Assembly: GCA_030704615.1 (NCBI GenBank)
Contig: JAKLZA010000097.1
Location: 1-25,000 of the forward strand
DNA length: 25,000 nucleotides
Source: Takakia lepidozioides
Lineage: Eukaryota; Plantae; Bryophyta
Direction: 5' to 3'
Within the stretch, counting starts at the first letter, position 1, and each line of letters opens with the position of its first letter. A program made the translations under genes and the position numbers. Below, in pieces: positions 1 through 11,688 of the stretch. Below the pieces are notes generated by a model. It saw only the letters and a program-made list of their open reading frames with translations, was not told the origin of the DNA and did no database searches.

Positions 1-1149
1 AGCAGAAAGATTTAAGCTCACTAAGAACGGTAACTTTTAGTTTTTTGAAGCCTGCTCTAAATTTGCGAGGATCCCTGGGGAATCACCTCAGTAATCGGTC
101 CCACTTGCTTGAGATTCTTCACTTGGGCTTGAAATTGTGGAATGAGGGTATGCTACATTATCTACGAGGTTGTACTTGAGGCCTCACGCTAGCACTGTCA
201 TCAGTACGAGAGAAGTACCAGAGGACCCTGCACCCGAGAGTAAGGAACTCATGACTTCGATATGCCCCCTAGGTTCCACAAATAATCTCCAAAGATTGTT
301 TCCTATCGCGTCAGCAGCCACCAACACAGAAAGACAGATGTCATCTCACTTCAGGTGACCAGTCTAACTTCACCACAGGTCATGACCACAAGCAGGAGGC
401 ATCAGAAGAATACACACGAGGATCCGCATGACAGCATCACTGCTGTTCATCAGTCGAGCGAACCTATTTGTCCTCATCCTTGCCTCCTTCCATACATTCA
501 ACTTCAAGTACGCAAATCCACTATCCTAGCGGTTGGAAAGAGTGCTGGCCGTAGAAACGGCTGGTATGAAAGGGAATCCCAACCGAAACGCATTCCCGTA
601 GGGTTTGGCTTAGTGGAGATTTCTGAACCGCGGCAATACTACAAGGTATCAGACGTTACAGAGGGTGCTGCGCAGTCGCACGTCACTCTTAATTTCTTGG
701 TATCGCTCTCGTAGGATGACCACTCATTCGTGTTGATGTCAACGGTAGACAGACTCCACACAAAAACCCCGACATGCATAAGAAAGCGAAATACACTTCG
801 AAAGCATAGCAAGGAAAGAAGTTTACACTAGATATACAGGAAAGAAGTTTACCCCCACAAGAGGTACTTCGCACAACTTGCAATGCCAAAGCTATGTAGC
901 GCTCCTAACATACGAAAGAGCGACAAGACTCGCCGCGACGAGCCCGTGACCTGCCCACAAAACTGGGGGTTGTGGATCCAGACAGACTTAATCCAATAAA
1001 AGAAAAAAAAGACTGCGGTCAAATGTGGAAGGTGCATGACAGGGGAGAGGGTTTCAAAACACATAAGAGACTGGAGAGAGGGGGTGGAGGCCATTGCAGC
1101 CAAACCCCGTCCGCAACTTTCCCTGGCGCACACAGCAGGTCGACTGAGG

Positions 1150-1300
1150 CCGAGTTTAGGGTTTACAGGCCATGAACCGAGCGGCCAAAATTGCTTTAGG
1201 CGCTCGTTGGGATGACGTGGCAGGATGAAACAAAATGTGTGTAAAGTTTTGGCCGCTGAAATCTGCCACATAGGCATCCACGGGTGCCACGTAGGTTGGC
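1150..1300. promoter_or_regulatory. Probable proximal promoter of PIG-G, possibly bidirectional
   Basis: Telo-box TTTAGGGTTT at 1155-1164, TGACGTGGC at 1213-1221, TGCCACATAGG at 1264-1274 and TGCCACGTAGG at 1285-1295 (G-box/ABRE-like). CT-rich UTR-like sequence runs outward on both strands. Confidence 0.45.
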
Positions 1301-2176
1301 AGTCTTTCATTGATGACTATCTCATCTCCTGCCCTTTCCAGAGAAGCCCTAAGTGACCGGGAGTATTCAGTTTCTCCGGTCGTTCTCTGAAGAGATACGA
1401 GAGAATTGCATTGCAATCTGAACGAGAGTGCTGGGCCGATTGGTGCTTGAGCGCGCAGGATGTCGTTGTGAGTTTTCACGGATCTGAATGGATCGCTTTG
1501 GCAGCAGCAAAGGCAGTTCATTGCAGTCGCTTTTATTTGCGGGCAGAGAGAGTGATCCCTTACAGTATTGGCGTTTGCGGCGTATTAGACATCGGTTGTT
1601 TCGAGCCCGGATATGACACAGTAGGATCTGGATTATTGCCTTTTCAGTAGCAAATCCAGTTCATTGTAGTCGCTTTGTTGAAGGGATAGAAAGGTCGGTT
1701 CCGATTCATGGTTGCGGATTAGAGATTGATTGTGTTCAGATTTGATTTTTCACCGTATTTTAGTTGGTGTAGGATTGTTTACTCTCGTAGCTTCTGTCTG
1801 GCTGCTCCCATTGTGTCTGAGTTTAGTCTGGAGTATTCAGCAAGCGTAGCTAAGTTTTGATGAGCACTGCTCAAATGGTGGTTCGATGGATAAATCTGAA
1901 AAACAATTTAAATTGATAAAGCTATATGGAGATTTTTATCAGCACACGAGCGATACGTCTTGTGGATATCTCTGGTTCCGAACTGGAAGAAACTGCTTGG
2001 TGCCATTATTGGGTAACCGTTTCTTGGACACTCCTGGAGTAATTGCGAAGTCGAATTGCTGAGTGCGGTTTTAAATGGTCGAGCATAATTTTGGCCAGGT
2101 GGAGGAAAGCTTGGATTGCATACTAATGATTCACTGGTTTGACACGGCTCACAGCCTTGTTGTCTTCTTGACATCC

Positions 2177-2193
2177 AGGGTTTAGGGTTTAGG
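2177..2193 (+). repeat. Short interstitial plant telomere-type repeat (telo-box) in the probable 5'UTR intron
   Basis: AGGGTTTAGGGTTTAGG. Confidence 0.7.
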
Positions 2194-2410
2194 ATGTATA
2201 TTGTTCGTCACAGGTAGATTTGATGTTCATCAAAGTTCAATTCTTCATCAGTAGTATAATATTAGTTGACTGTATGCATTTGTGCACTTTATCCGTGCAA
2301 CAATCTGGGAGCAGTTCTGGATAGTCAATTTACACAAAGATCCTCTCACGGGGTATGTGTGCCATTCTGAAGTAGGTTCATCCTTATCTTTTTGTATGTT
2401 GCATGCAGTG

Positions 2411-2532
2411 ATGGCGTCTGCATGTGCCAAAGCTTTGGCTTTCCTTATTCTGGGCGTAGTGCTGCAGCTAATGGGTCTTGTGCTCTTTGTCTTGGGATTT
2501 TTCCCTGTGAAACCTGCACTCACTGGCATCAG
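2411..2532 (+). CDS. PIGG: PIG-G exon 1 (start codon, N-terminal TM helix MASACAKALAFLILGVVLQLMGLVLFVLGFFPVKPALTGI)
   Basis: ATG at 2411, just after a probable 5'UTR-intron acceptor (tgcag, 2408); donor AG|gtattc. Confidence 0.9.
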
Positions 2533-5500
2533 GTATTCTGGTGCAAGAATAACGGTTGTGCCAAATCTGTGATTCTTTCTCCAACAGACTCTTTTCACAG
2601 CACATAAACAATTCCTCCTCTCTCTTCTCTCCATCATATAGGTATTCTTTTGCAAATGAGGAATCTGTGTCTTTTGTTGCACTGGTTGAAGAAGCTGCCA
2701 TGTTCAGGTTTTCCTTCTCATTCTTGCCTGGTTGGTCCAACTAAGAAATCGTGGCTTTGCTTGCAGTGATATTCAAAGTATGCAACCTGGCTGTCACATA
2801 AGTAACTGCAATGCAAAAGGCTCTTCCTCACCCGTTCAATCACAGACTTCTTATCAAGTTGGTCCTTTCTCCCATTTCAGTTCTTGGATATGGAGCATTA
2901 GAACGGTTGTCGACATTTTTACTCAGTGCTCCTTTACGTATGTTGCTGATGTTGTTCTTCATCTGCCTCTAGCTGCAGGTATGAATGGTTATTCCAGATG
3001 GCTTTGTAATTCTTGCTCAATTGTACTTAAAAACCAAAAGTGTAATAGTAAGTTCAGCATCTGAGTTGCATCTTTCACTCACAATTGTCAGGAAGCTTTT
3101 GGAGTACCTCCACAGTTCGATCGACTCATCATCATGGTAACTTTATGTACATAATTTAAAAACTCCCTCCACAAGTGGCATGTTTATGTTATCATTAGTT
3201 CACTGGCTGTATGGTTGTCGAGCCCGAACATTGTTTACCGGGTTCGAGAAATTTCTGGCAGCCTCAAAGTTATCTCTGCCTTTTGCTCTGATTGGGTGCC
3301 AAAGTGGCTGGGTTTGGCCTGGTGAGATATCCTTGTTCATCTCTCAATTGGGAGTTGTGAAAACTTTCTGGTCTGATACAAGTGATGATGAATGTGGGTC
3401 TTGATATTTCCAGTAATTTCCAAATTAGTCAGAATATGACGGTACCTTACCATATGTTCATCTCATGCAGTTCTGCACTTCTAAAGTAAATTAGTTTACT
3501 CTCTGTTCAATGTTCTCATCATGTGTGGCAGCGAAACAGGTGGTGGATGGTCTGCCTGCAGAGTTTTTACTAGGCAGGGGAGGTCAACCACCGTCGTTGG
3601 AGATTGTGACTGCCATGCCTTATGTACAAGGCCTTCTGTCTGGTGGGATGGCATTTGGATACCATGCAAAAGCTGCACCCCCCACTGTGACCATGCCTCG
3701 ACTCAAGGTGCATATACCCTCGACTCTGAGTCACATACCGTCTGGACTAAAAATCCTGCCAGCTCTTAATCATGCCCCCATTGGAGAAGTTGATTGTAGG
3801 GCTATGATGGCACTGTCTCAAGTCCTACGCCTTGTTTCTCATGGTCAGAGTAAACCTATGTGCTCCCTGAGTCCTTTTGTTTGTCTGTAACGAGGTCCAC
3901 ATTGGCATGCAGGCTCTGACATCTGGAGCCATAGCTGGGTTTCTGGACGTGGCTTTTAACTTCAATACACAGGCCCTACTTGAAGATAATCTCATTGGTA
4001 AGGGAAACTGGAATTATTGATCAGAGCTCTATGTATGTCTCCATGAATTCATGTCATGATCATAGCATGCTTATTCAATGATTTTCCGTGTGGTTGCAAA
4101 TAGCTCATTGCAAATGCAAAATAAAGCTAATCATTGGTAAACCAATAAGAAGGACACTCGGTAACTTTGCTCTCCTTACCTCAAGCAAACATACAAACGC
4201 CGAAACATTCATTTACGTCCAACCAAAAATTATATGTTGCCATTCATCTGCAGAAGGAACTGAGCAAGATTACATCAAGGTATGTCCACTGATAAAGTTT
4301 TCGAGCAAATGACATATGCCCAGTCATATGCCCAGTTCTAGCCCAGGATTAAGATGATTGACGACAAGTTTTCAAAGACGATGTATTTGAAGTGTCAGGT
4401 GGTCTCTTAGTTGCCTTTCCCCAGAATAATTGTTGTACCCCAATTTACTCATTGCCGACTCCGTAATTTGTGGTCTATATGGAAGAGCCTAGACATGAAT
4501 TGTGTCCAGACTCTTCAACAGAAATTACAAGGTTGCTGGCTATGTGTCATGGACTAGGCCAGCTTGCGAGGGCAGGGTGGCGAATGGTTATGCTGGGAGA
4601 TGAAACATGGCTGCGGCTTTTCCCCAACACCTTCATGCGCCATGATGGGGTTAGCAGCTTTTATGTAAGGCATGCATCTTCAGTTTTGAAGTCCCTTCAG
4701 CTCATATCATGATCTTAGTAGCGATTAACAGATTTCACAGTGGATTTTGTTTTTGGCCTGCAATTACCAAGTAACCTGGTGTGTGCTTATGGTCCTGCAT
4801 ACAGTCCTTGCAAGTATCCAGAAGTTTATGTTTTTCATGTGAATGTCACCTTCAGGTGAAAGACACAGCAGAAGTCGACCACAATGTTACTCGCCATTTG
4901 GATACTGAGCTGGCAGCTACTGACTGGGATCTCATGGTACTGATGGCTTCACTTGTTGCTGCTCGTCGAATGTTACTCAAGAGTTTATGTAGGCTTGTGG
5001 CCAACTGAACATGCCAAGATGGGGGGAGGAACAAAAGAGGGAAAGGGAGAAGGGGAAGGGGTATTGCAGAGCACCGATATGGCAGGGGGTTACCTAGTGC
5101 AGCTAATGTTGATATGCACCAATTGTTGTAACTCAGGGGTCTATTTGGTGCTGATCCTGGGACAAATGTCTGCTAAGAACCAGTAACAGGATGTACTCTT
5201 GCTTGGTGCAGGTCCTTCACTATCTGGGTTTGGATCATGTGGGGCATCTTGGAGGCCGGAGTAGGTGAGAGGATTCTCCAAACTTACTGGGATGGTGGAG
5301 TCAACAATAGCTGGTATAGTATTGTGGGCTGCTTTGGCTGCCAAAACCTTTGCTTGATCTTGTAACATGGGAGCGCCAGACTCAATGGAACAGGTTCTAA
5401 GTCTGTAAGAGGTTGAGCTGAGCATTATCACAAGAAGCATAACTGACCAATTTTTTGGCTTCAACTGGACCAACTTTATGCTGCCGATATAGTGTGTTAT

Positions 5501-8500
5501 GGATGGAGTGCCTGTTTGAAGTAGGAGCTTAGTAACAGCTTTGCTTCCACCAGGCTTGAGTTGAAGGATGGCTCTTACAGTGTAACTCTATCTGTAAGTG
5601 GTCCACATGGCTTTGGTACAGAGATAGATTTCAGTTCATATGTGAATGTGTGGTTTCGCTAGCTCATTGATGGCCCCGAAGTTGAAGGAGATGGATGCGG
5701 TTATTGAAAGGATCCACAGGTCCTTACTTGCCAACCCAACAGGACGCCACACGCTAATGGTTCGTGTCTTCTTTTCTCTGTAGGCTTAGCCCACATGTTG
5801 TGAGACTATGAGTGTGGATGTTATAGATGTGTAAGGTTTAGCTTCTCCTTTCTCAAGCAAGATTTAGCCAACAATTGTGGATGCAAGATCAATGTCATGA
5901 AAGAATGTAGTGTGTATGCAGTCTTAGCTAGTAAGTTCTGCTGCTCTTATGCTCTGGAGTGTGTTGTGACTTGCGGAGATCTATTGCAAGGTACCATGGT
6001 ACAGCCAATGGTCATTTAGAGTTGTTTGGAAATAAAAGCATCTGTGTGGCAGATGGTGGCAAGTGATCATGGCATGACAGATGCAGGCAACCATGGTGGT
6101 GCCTCCTATCAGGAGACTGATGCACTGGCTATGTTTATAGCCAAGACAATGGATGCTGGCCCCTCCCTTGACCTGCCTGCAGGGATCCCTGTTTCAACTC
6201 CTGCTGGAGGGTCCGCTTTTCAGGTTGCCTTCTCTTAACATCTTGTGGAAAGGATGGGACTTTGACACCACTGTCTCTGGGTTAATGAACTTCTATACTT
6301 TTGGTGAGCCAACCTGTCTTGAATATTGCAATGCCTTCATTCCCACTTTGAGAATGTAAGAAGCTAAGAAGAAGCACAAGGTTTTGAATCTAGGGTCAAA
6401 AGGTGTATTAGGAGAAAGCAGCAGCCTAGTGAAAATTGTTTTCATGCCCTTGACTCTTTCGCTATCATGATTGTAGTGTGGATGAGTGAAATGCAGAAGC
6501 TTACTAGTGCAAAATGTGGATGTAGGTGGATGTGGTACCGACTTTATCACTCCTACTGGGTGTGCCAATTCCAAAGAATAGCGTGGGGATTCTGCTACCA
6601 CGACTCTTTCGTGCCCTTCCTCGTTAGTATTGTCCTCTCACTGGTTCTCATACTCCCTTTTGGTTGCGCCTACTTTTGTAATGCAAGTCAAACACACTGG
6701 ATTTTTCACACGGAACCATAAAGAATGCAGGTGGAGTTTCTCATGGACTAAAGTGGGTTGTTTTGCCCCAGACAGTAGTGAATGTAGGATCTGGTAGAGA
6801 TTCATCCAAGAAAGGAAGCTATGAGTGTTTTACCAGTGGTCCTGTTTGTCACAGCCAAGGAGCACCTGAGGGCACTGGAGTTGAATGCATGGCAGATCTT
6901 TCGATTGTTACATGTGCGATCTCCTGGATCCTTCTGTATCACTAGTCTATGTTCAATCTGTCCAGGTGAAATGAGCAGGGTGGGTCTCGAGGTGTGCAAT
7001 ACTGGTGGGCAGGGAATGACAGAGGGAATCATAGGTTCTGTGCTCTCTTTAGGCAGGCTATGGAGTTGCATCATTCCTGGAGTAAGCAATCTCCTCATCA
7101 GTAAGCTTTCTACACACCACTCCATGTCTCTTTGGATATTCAATTTTGTGATTGCCTACAGAGTTTCCCTCCTCTTCTGAAGACGCCTGTTGGTAGCCTG
7201 AATGTTCTTGGTGGTAGGGAAGGCTGGTTGGTAAGTTCTTTTGTAATCAGGAGGAGGGCCTTTGTTTGTCAATCTTTTTTCCTTCAGTCCTTTTAGTCAA
7301 CTGAATGGGAGTTCAACTGTGGCTGTGTTGTCCGTGAGTGGCCATTGGTCAGGTATTGCTCGCCCTTGAGCTCAGAAAAGGGAAATGACCCTGCAGAAGG
7401 ACTGTAGTTCAAACCACCCTAAGCTATTCTTGATGTTGGATTGTCACTGGTAAATGTTGCTTGTTTTGCTAACATGATGTACTTGATTGAATTTTGTATA
7501 ATTTACAGGAGTGAGGAAGAGAACCTATCTCAATTTGAAACTGTTAGGGAAGCCTATCTCCAGTTTCTGAAGCCCACCTCAGAATGGCTAGCCAGGGGCA
7601 CAACCAAGGTTTGTCTGTTCTCTTCAAATGCTGTTGCATGTACCAGATGGCCCGCTTGAAAGAGCTGCATGCTCATTCCATCATGTGCAATGACAAACAG
7701 CCACATGCTCATCCTATCTAAAGGACAAAGTCCCAAAGATCCAGACCCCACCCTTGTGTACACAGTGAGCATGCTCTTTGGAGAGTGTCTGAATCCTTGG
7801 CATAGAATGAGCACCCTTGCATGGAATGAGCATGTAGCTCTTTTTTGCGGCTATATGTTTTGACTCCAAATGGTTGAATGTTCTGTCCTTGGCCATTCAT
7901 AGATTGGTTGTGCTCATGGGAATTGGTAGGTGTATCCAGGTGTTTAAACAGGATTACAAGAATCACCATATGAATCTATTTGTAGCTTTGTGTGCGTGTC
8001 ACATGTGTTGCAGAAATGTCTCCTGTTTCTCGTTGCCGGTGGGAGTCTCATGCTATTGTCGACCATAAACCTGATTTGGGTGTGGTTCCATATCTGCAAG
8101 GGTGACTCTGTTGTGACACAAGTAGCTCGATCTAGCCCTCCCAGATCAATGAAACCACATGGCTTCCTACTCGAGGAGTTGATAGCTGTGGGAGGTGTTT
8201 GCATCCATGCGGCTACCCTGGCATCATCTTCATTTGTGGAGGAAGAACAGTATACGTGGCATTTTTTGGTTTCTACTCTCTCAATTGCTCTTATTCGCCA
8301 CTCATTACAACCAAAAGACTATATCCATGCCACAAGTCTGTGGCACTTGTGGGGTGTGCAACCATTTTCTGATCAGCTACATAGGCAAGAAGAGGCATAC
8401 AGGTTGCATCAGCTCAGATATCTGTCACCAGAAGCCATCTGTTGTACTGATGGCAAGGTATCTGTGGCCTGTTCCTCAGGAGCACATACTTTACCACAAG

Positions 8501-10516
8501 TTGTAGCTGTAGCTGTGGTGCTATTTATTGGAAGACTTTTACGGGGTTGGCATCGAAGTGGGGTGAATTGGTCACACTTACCAGATATTGCGAAGTGGCT
8601 GGAGGATTCCGATGTAGCATTTTCCATGATCATTCAAGTTGTCTCACTTACTGTTGTTACCTCTGTCAGCTTTATACTAACTCTTCTACCAGCACCTAGA
8701 CAGCTTCTACGTCGCGCTCTTGTAGTCTGTATGGGCTTATCTGCCTTATTCATCCTCATATATGTCAGGTCAACATCCAATGGCAGAACATCCGCACTAG
8801 ATATTTTACCAACCTACTACGCACGAGCTGTGTTTATGGTTCTTGGTATGACGGCTATGGTGGCATTTCTTGGTTTTCCATGGGTTGTTCCTTTGACCCT
8901 TCAAGAGACCAACTTAATGTCTGAAAAGGTCAGTTTGATCTCGGAAGCAGACAGGAGTGGCTCTTCCCGGTGTCAAGGTGAACAAGGTCATGAGGACTTT
9001 GCTTTAGAGGCTGCGGTTCAGTCAGCCATGGATTCAATAGGGAGGGTTTTTGTCTCATGTTGGTGCTTGCTACAACTACTGCTCCAGCAGTCAGTGAATA
9101 CCGTACCTGTAGCCCTGCTGCTGCTGCAGCTTCTTGCCATGGCGACATTTTTCCGTCAAAGGGGTATGCAACACAGCCATTGGCTATCGGTACCAATCAA
9201 ATCTCTCTCTCATGCCAAAATCAGTGGAAAAGTTTGAACCATGTAGGGACAAATTGGAGGAGAAATTTTCATAAAAGGAAAGGTCGTAGTGGTCTAGGAG
9301 CTCTTCTTTGTAGACTGAAGCATTTTTGTCGTTTTCATCCCCACGAAAAAGTGGATTCTATTTGCAAGGTCCAAGAGGCCTGACAAGGTAATAATTTGTT
9401 TCGGACTGGCTTCAAGTTTGCTCTATGGCTATTTTGCCTAGTGTGGTGATTGCAAAAGCTTATTGGTAACAGTCCTGAGGTGTGAAGTAGCATTAAGTGG
9501 CAGTGCTTCCAGCTCAAATTTCAAGGCTCCACATTGAGGAAGTCTTTTTCAGGTCAAATTGATGTGCAGGTCTTGACACTATATTGGATGGGAGCATCTG
9601 GCCATTTTGGGCTGGGAAACAGCAATACTCTGGCGACGGTTGATGTAGCGGGTGCATACATTGTGGGTCTCTCTGCCCTTATCATCTCAAGTAGAATTTG
9701 TCCAATATTCCTCAAGCCACAGGACTAATTCATTATGATGGATAATTGTATTCTGAGGTGCTGCATGAATTTGTAAGAGCTTCCCTCCCTTTTGATGAGA
9801 AAGAAGGGCTATTGTTTGCAGGGCTTGTCATCCCATTCAACTGTGCTTTCAGGCCTGCTGGCGTTCATCATCACCTATGCATCTCCTTTTCTCTTCATGC
9901 TGGGAATGCTACTGCTTTCTTGTCCCCTTCCTAAAGCGATTTCAAAGAAAGTCGATATTCGAGGGCCAAATGTCTTTGAACAATGGCGCGTTGAGGCACT
10001 AACTGTTCCATGCATTTTGCCTATGGCTGTGAACGGGGTGATCTTGGCGGCATTCACAGGCATCCTTACTCTCATGCAAAACCATTTATTTGTTTGGAGT
10101 GTCTTCTCCCCCAAGTAAGTCTTCAGAGCACCCTGGCACATTCAACTTGGCAATTTGTCGTCCCTCTCATGTGGCTTTTCCAAGCCCATATGTTCACCAG
10201 AGATTGGTACTCCAAGAGGGTTTCCAAACACGCAATAGGATCCCCTGGTCTCATGACTAGAATTGTTAGGATCCTAGCATGGCTCTCTTGCTCGGTTCTC
10301 TTGATAATCGAGACTCCCAGATACAGGTCAAGAATAATCTTTTCAATGATTGGTTGCAACAGGTACTTGTATGTGTGTGGAGCCACCATCTGCACTTCTG
10401 TTGGAGCTTTCATCTTTGCTATCACAGGAGTTTATTCCAGCTTTGTGATTCGGCAGAGAGCTCGTTGGATCAGGGTGGTGGCAAATGCTGGCAACAAAAT
10501 AGAAAAGACGTCCTGA
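2411..10516 (+). CDS. PIGG: GPI ethanolamine phosphate transferase 2 (PIG-G/GPI7), 17 coding exons, ~1059 aa if the exon-12 frameshift is corrected by +1 nt. Exons: 2411-2532, 2767-2857, 3092-3136, 3540-3707, 3913-3997, 4558-4664, 4856-4936, 5212-5264, 5663-5759, 6053-6223, 6526-6622, 6855-7100, 7509-7608, 8014-9189, 9570-9662, 9822-10114, 10363-10516
   Basis: All introns are GT..AG with compatible phases except across exon 12. The spliced product carries PIG-G motifs in order: LFVLGFFPVK, DRLIIMVVDGLPAEF, PPTVTMPRLKA (PIG-G type rather than PIG-O PPTTTLQRLK), GDETWLRLFP, LHYLGLDHVGH, SDHGMTDAGNHGG, QVDVVPTL, SSSFVEEEQYTWHF, HFGLGNSNTLATVD, NHLFVWSVFSPKYLY. Confidence 0.96.
2767..2857 (+). 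CDS. PIGG: PIG-G exon 2
   Basis: ttgcag| acceptor; phase fits; ends ...TSYQ|gttggt. Poorly conserved linker region. Confidence 0.75.
3092..3136 (+). CDS. PIGG: PIG-G exon 3 (EAFGVPPQFDRLIIM), absent from the ORF track
   Basis: tcag| ... ATG|gtaact; conserved DRLIIM leading into VVDG. Confidence 0.9.
3540..3707 (+). CDS. PIGG: PIG-G exon 4 (VVDGLPAEF...PPTVTMPRLK)
   Basis: Alkaline-phosphatase-fold catalytic motifs; cag|...AAG|gtgcat. Confidence 0.95.
3913..3997 (+). CDS. PIGG: PIG-G exon 5 (ALTSGAIAGFLDVAFNFNTQALLEDNLI)
   Basis: Conserved motif; gcag|...G|gtaagg. Confidence 0.95.
4558..4664 (+). CDS. PIGG: PIG-G exon 6 (QLARAGWRMVMLGDETWLRLFP...SSFY)
   Basis: GDETW motif; tag|...TAT|gtaagg. 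Confidence 0.95.
4856..4936 (+). CDS. PIGG: PIG-G exon 7 (VKDTAEVDHNVTRHL...DWDLM)
   Basis: Conserved motif; cag|...ATG|gtactg. Confidence 0.95.
5212..5264 (+). CDS. PIGG: PIG-G exon 8 (VLHYLGLDHVGHLGGRS)
   Basis: Metal-binding DHxGH motif; gcag|...AG|gtgaga. Confidence 0.95.
5663..5759 (+). CDS. PIGG: PIG-G exon 9 (SLMAPKLKEMDAVIERIH...TLM)
   Basis: KLKEMD motif; tag|...ATG|gttcgt. Confidence 0.92.
6053..6223 (+). CDS. PIGG: PIG-G exon 10 (MVASDHGMTDAGNHGG...AFQ)
   Basis: SDHGM/NHGG motifs; gcag|...CAG|gttgcc. Confidence 0.95.
6526..6622 (+). CDS. PIGG: PIG-G exon 11 (VDVVPTLSLLLGVPIPKNSVG...)
   Basis: Conserved QVD..PTL..LLGVPIP motif; tag|...C|gttagt. Confidence 0.93.
6855..7100 (+). 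CDS. PIGG: PIG-G exon 12, with internal frame change
   Basis: The 5' part HLRALELNAWQ is in one frame; the 3' part RFCALFRQAMELHHSWSK and donor CA|gtaagc are in the -1 frame. Confidence 0.8.
7509..7608 (+). CDS. PIGG: PIG-G exon 13 (...EAYLQFLKPTSEWLARGTTK)
   Basis: AYxxFLKxxSEWL motif; acag|...AAG|gtttgt. Confidence 0.9.
8014..9189 (+). CDS. PIGG: PIG-G exon 14 (multi-TM region)
   Basis: SSSFVEEEQYTWHF, RLLRGWHRSGVNW, CWCLLQLLLQQ; gcag|...TCG|gtacca. Confidence 0.93.
9570..9662 (+). CDS. PIGG: PIG-G exon 15 (VLTLYWMGASGHFGLGNSNTLATVDVAGAYI)
   Basis: Conserved GNSN motif; gcag|...ATT|gtgggt. Confidence 0.93.
9822..10114 (+). CDS. PIGG: PIG-G exon 16 (GLSSHSTVLSG...NHLFVWSVFSP)
   Basis: HLFVWSVFSPK motif; gcag|...AA|gtaagt. 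Confidence 0.94.
10363..10516 (+). CDS. PIGG: PIG-G exon 17 (YLYVCGATIC...KIEKTS stop)
   Basis: acag|G completes the Lys of PKYLY; TGA at 10514-10516. Confidence 0.93.
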
Positions 10517-11296
10517 CAGCTCATCCCAAATGTGCTAGGGTTGGCATATCTGATTGTGGAAGGGGTTCAACACAAAAGAAAAGAACATTGTTGTTGGAGC
10601 TTTCATCGTTGCCATCACTGGAGTTTATTTGACTATTGGGGTTGTGATTTTGCAGTGGGCTTGCCAAGGGAAGCCAGAAGAGCCCAGACAGTATCATTCC
10701 TTTCCTCACATTTCGATGATAAATTAGGGCCTAACATGTATGGTCCAGCGGGTGTGAAGCGGGTGCAACTACACAAGTTTGAATATCGACTTTTTATCTC
10801 AGCGTGTGAGGTTTCTTTCACCTGCGTTAACTGACCGAAACCAAGCGACCATCCGGTCCTCGCCAGGTCTTGTGACATGAGCATGCCCCAATTTGCAGCC
10901 ACAGCAGCGAAGCAAATCACACGTGACGCAACAGAATGCCAAGCCTGCAGGGCAATTCACCGATGCTTATGCAGTCATCCTTTTGCTCCTGTGGACTCCT
11001 TGTAAACAGCGTTTTTTTTATTGGCGATTTTTCGCCATTTGGCCACCTAAAAATCCCCTTGGCGAATGAAACAAAGGGAAAAATACGGCCAAATAATTTC
11101 TCCAAAAGCTGGGCGGTCTCGAAAAGGTCCTCGTCCGGACCCGCGGGGGCAGCACAGATTGTCGCCAGGTGGGCCCCATGCAGGATGATCTGATGGGCCA
11201 GATGAATCTCCTCTCTTGCCCTATGCGCTGGTAAAGCTTTGAGCTTTGAGTCTGCAGTTGTGGTTTTCACATAAGTAAGAAAGAGTTCATCTATTA

Positions 11297-11365
11297 TGGC
11301 TTTCAACTAGTGGTAATGGGCACATACCACCTCAGAAGTGGTTCTGGATTCAATCCACAGATTGG
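11297..11365 (+). other. Degenerate tRNA-like A-box/B-box cassette inside hAT element A
   Basis: TAGTGGTA at 11308-11315 and GGATTCAATCC at 11346-11356, at tRNA-like spacing; no cloverleaf. Confidence 0.35.
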
Positions 11366-11626
11366 TGTCACAAAGGTGTCCACCTTCCTAGCAGAAGGCA
11401 CTAACCCTTTGGGGTGAAGAGACACCATAATTTATCCGTCAAATATTTAATATATTTATTTTTTGGCTTCAAACTATTTCTGTACTTTTTTAATACATTT
11501 ATTTAGTATTCTGTACTTCGCCTTCTATTGCTCCTCATCATCCATTTGATTCGCACAATACCCCAAGAATGGAAATACTTGTAGCCTACCAATCAGCGTT
11601 TCTTTTAAGGTATTTACATTGTAGCA

Positions 11627-11688
11627 CAAGTGGCATCCATTAGAACCTTAGAGGACCAAGTGGCATCCATTAGAACCTTAGAGGACCA
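11627..11688 (+). repeat. Perfect 30-bp tandem duplication inside element B
   Basis: CAAGTGGCATCCATTAGAACCTTAGAGGAC x2. Confidence 0.95.

Noticed and set aside
170-2250. Short ORFs upstream of PIG-G and within its introns
   Set aside because: No recognisable motifs; overlapping on both strands; consistent with chance ORFs in UTR/intron sequence.
10830-10895. Start of the Gypsy 3' LTR (TGTCACAAGACC on the minus strand at 10877)
   Set aside because: No convincing polypurine tract and no second LTR to compare.
11627-11688. CRISPR-like 30-bp repeat
   Set aside because: Two adjacent copies without a spacer, in eukaryotic DNA with no cas genes.
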